Positions 63,461 through 64,000 of a stretch of 64,000 nt of DNA are shown here, in pieces. Both the position numbers and the translations under genes were made by a program. Origin of the DNA: Paraspadella gotoi (taxonomy: Eukaryota > Animalia > Chaetognatha); the NCBI GenBank assembly GCA_051294375.1, contig CM119264.1, forward strand, positions 15,969,245 to 16,033,244, given 5' to 3'. The notes under the pieces were generated by a model. That model was not told the DNA's origin. It saw only the letters and a list, made by a program, of their open reading frames with translations, and did no database searches. Positions within the stretch are counted from its first letter, which is position 1; each line of letters starts with the position of its first letter.

Positions 63461-64000
63461 CAAAACCAAATGCACAAAAACAAGCCACTCCCCCTTCTCC
63501 ACCTCCCCCTTCACCTGATTCTACTCCGCTCTCATTCTTTCCCTCATTATCCTTACCCAAAAACCAACCCCCACCCCCAATAGTGGCCTCAATTACTAAA
63601 CCAGTGACTGATGACAAACAAAACCAATTCAATATCGTCGTCAACTCCATCCTCCAACACGGCATTGACCTAGAAGCGATGGCTGCCGACCAAGCACTTG
63701 ACGCCGACTTTCAGCGCATTTTCCAGGATGCACAGACAGGTCTACGATTCCGACGCGTCCCAATCGGTGAACAAATAGTAGTCGATGTCAGCAATGGTCC
63801 CATCCGCCCATTATTCATGACGCTGACGAGAACCGCCAACGTCGCCTCCTGCTTGCCAATCTCCGACTCGAAGTGTCTCGCCTCCAACCAACAGCCACGT
63901 CAACACATCGCCAGCCTCAAATTCATATACCTACAAACCTCCGCAACGCCTCAACACGTTTTCGTCCACCGCGGAGGCGTGGACCCGCCACTCAGCGCCA

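Larger units (their letters stand above)
60355..64000 (+). mobile_element. Ty3/Gypsy LTR retrotransposon, CsRn1/Kabuki-like, decayed
   Basis: 5' LTR, PBS, gag with C-X2-H-X9-C-X3-C knuckle, protease LIDGGA, RT YIDD, RNase H DAS; frameshifts; integrase core apparently deleted. Confidence 0.92.

Overview
AT-rich, repeat-dense animal (invertebrate) genomic DNA with one 25-N gap. Host genes, all on the minus strand: RRP36 (2 exons), an intronless Gemin4, MRPL39 (4 exons, starting only 105 nt after the Gemin4 stop) and three 5' exons of a signal-peptide receptor-like gene. The rest is nested mobile DNA: DINE-1/HINE-like Helentron derivatives, hAT, Kolobok-like and Tc1/mariner MITEs, a family with 7-bp target duplications, Penelope-like elements with minimal hammerhead ribozymes, and a decayed CsRn1-type Gypsy element. 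The main discovery is six twister-ribozyme-like motifs from four sequence-divergent families. They are P5-permuted with covarying stems and pseudoknots, and P1 is reduced to a short palindrome. Most sit directly behind a tRNA-like Pol III promoter, and three lie in ~230-bp solo-LTR-like units with 4-bp target duplications. This suggests a tRNA-promoter/twister LTR 'retrozyme' system. All assignments are by eye; no searches or folding programs were run.
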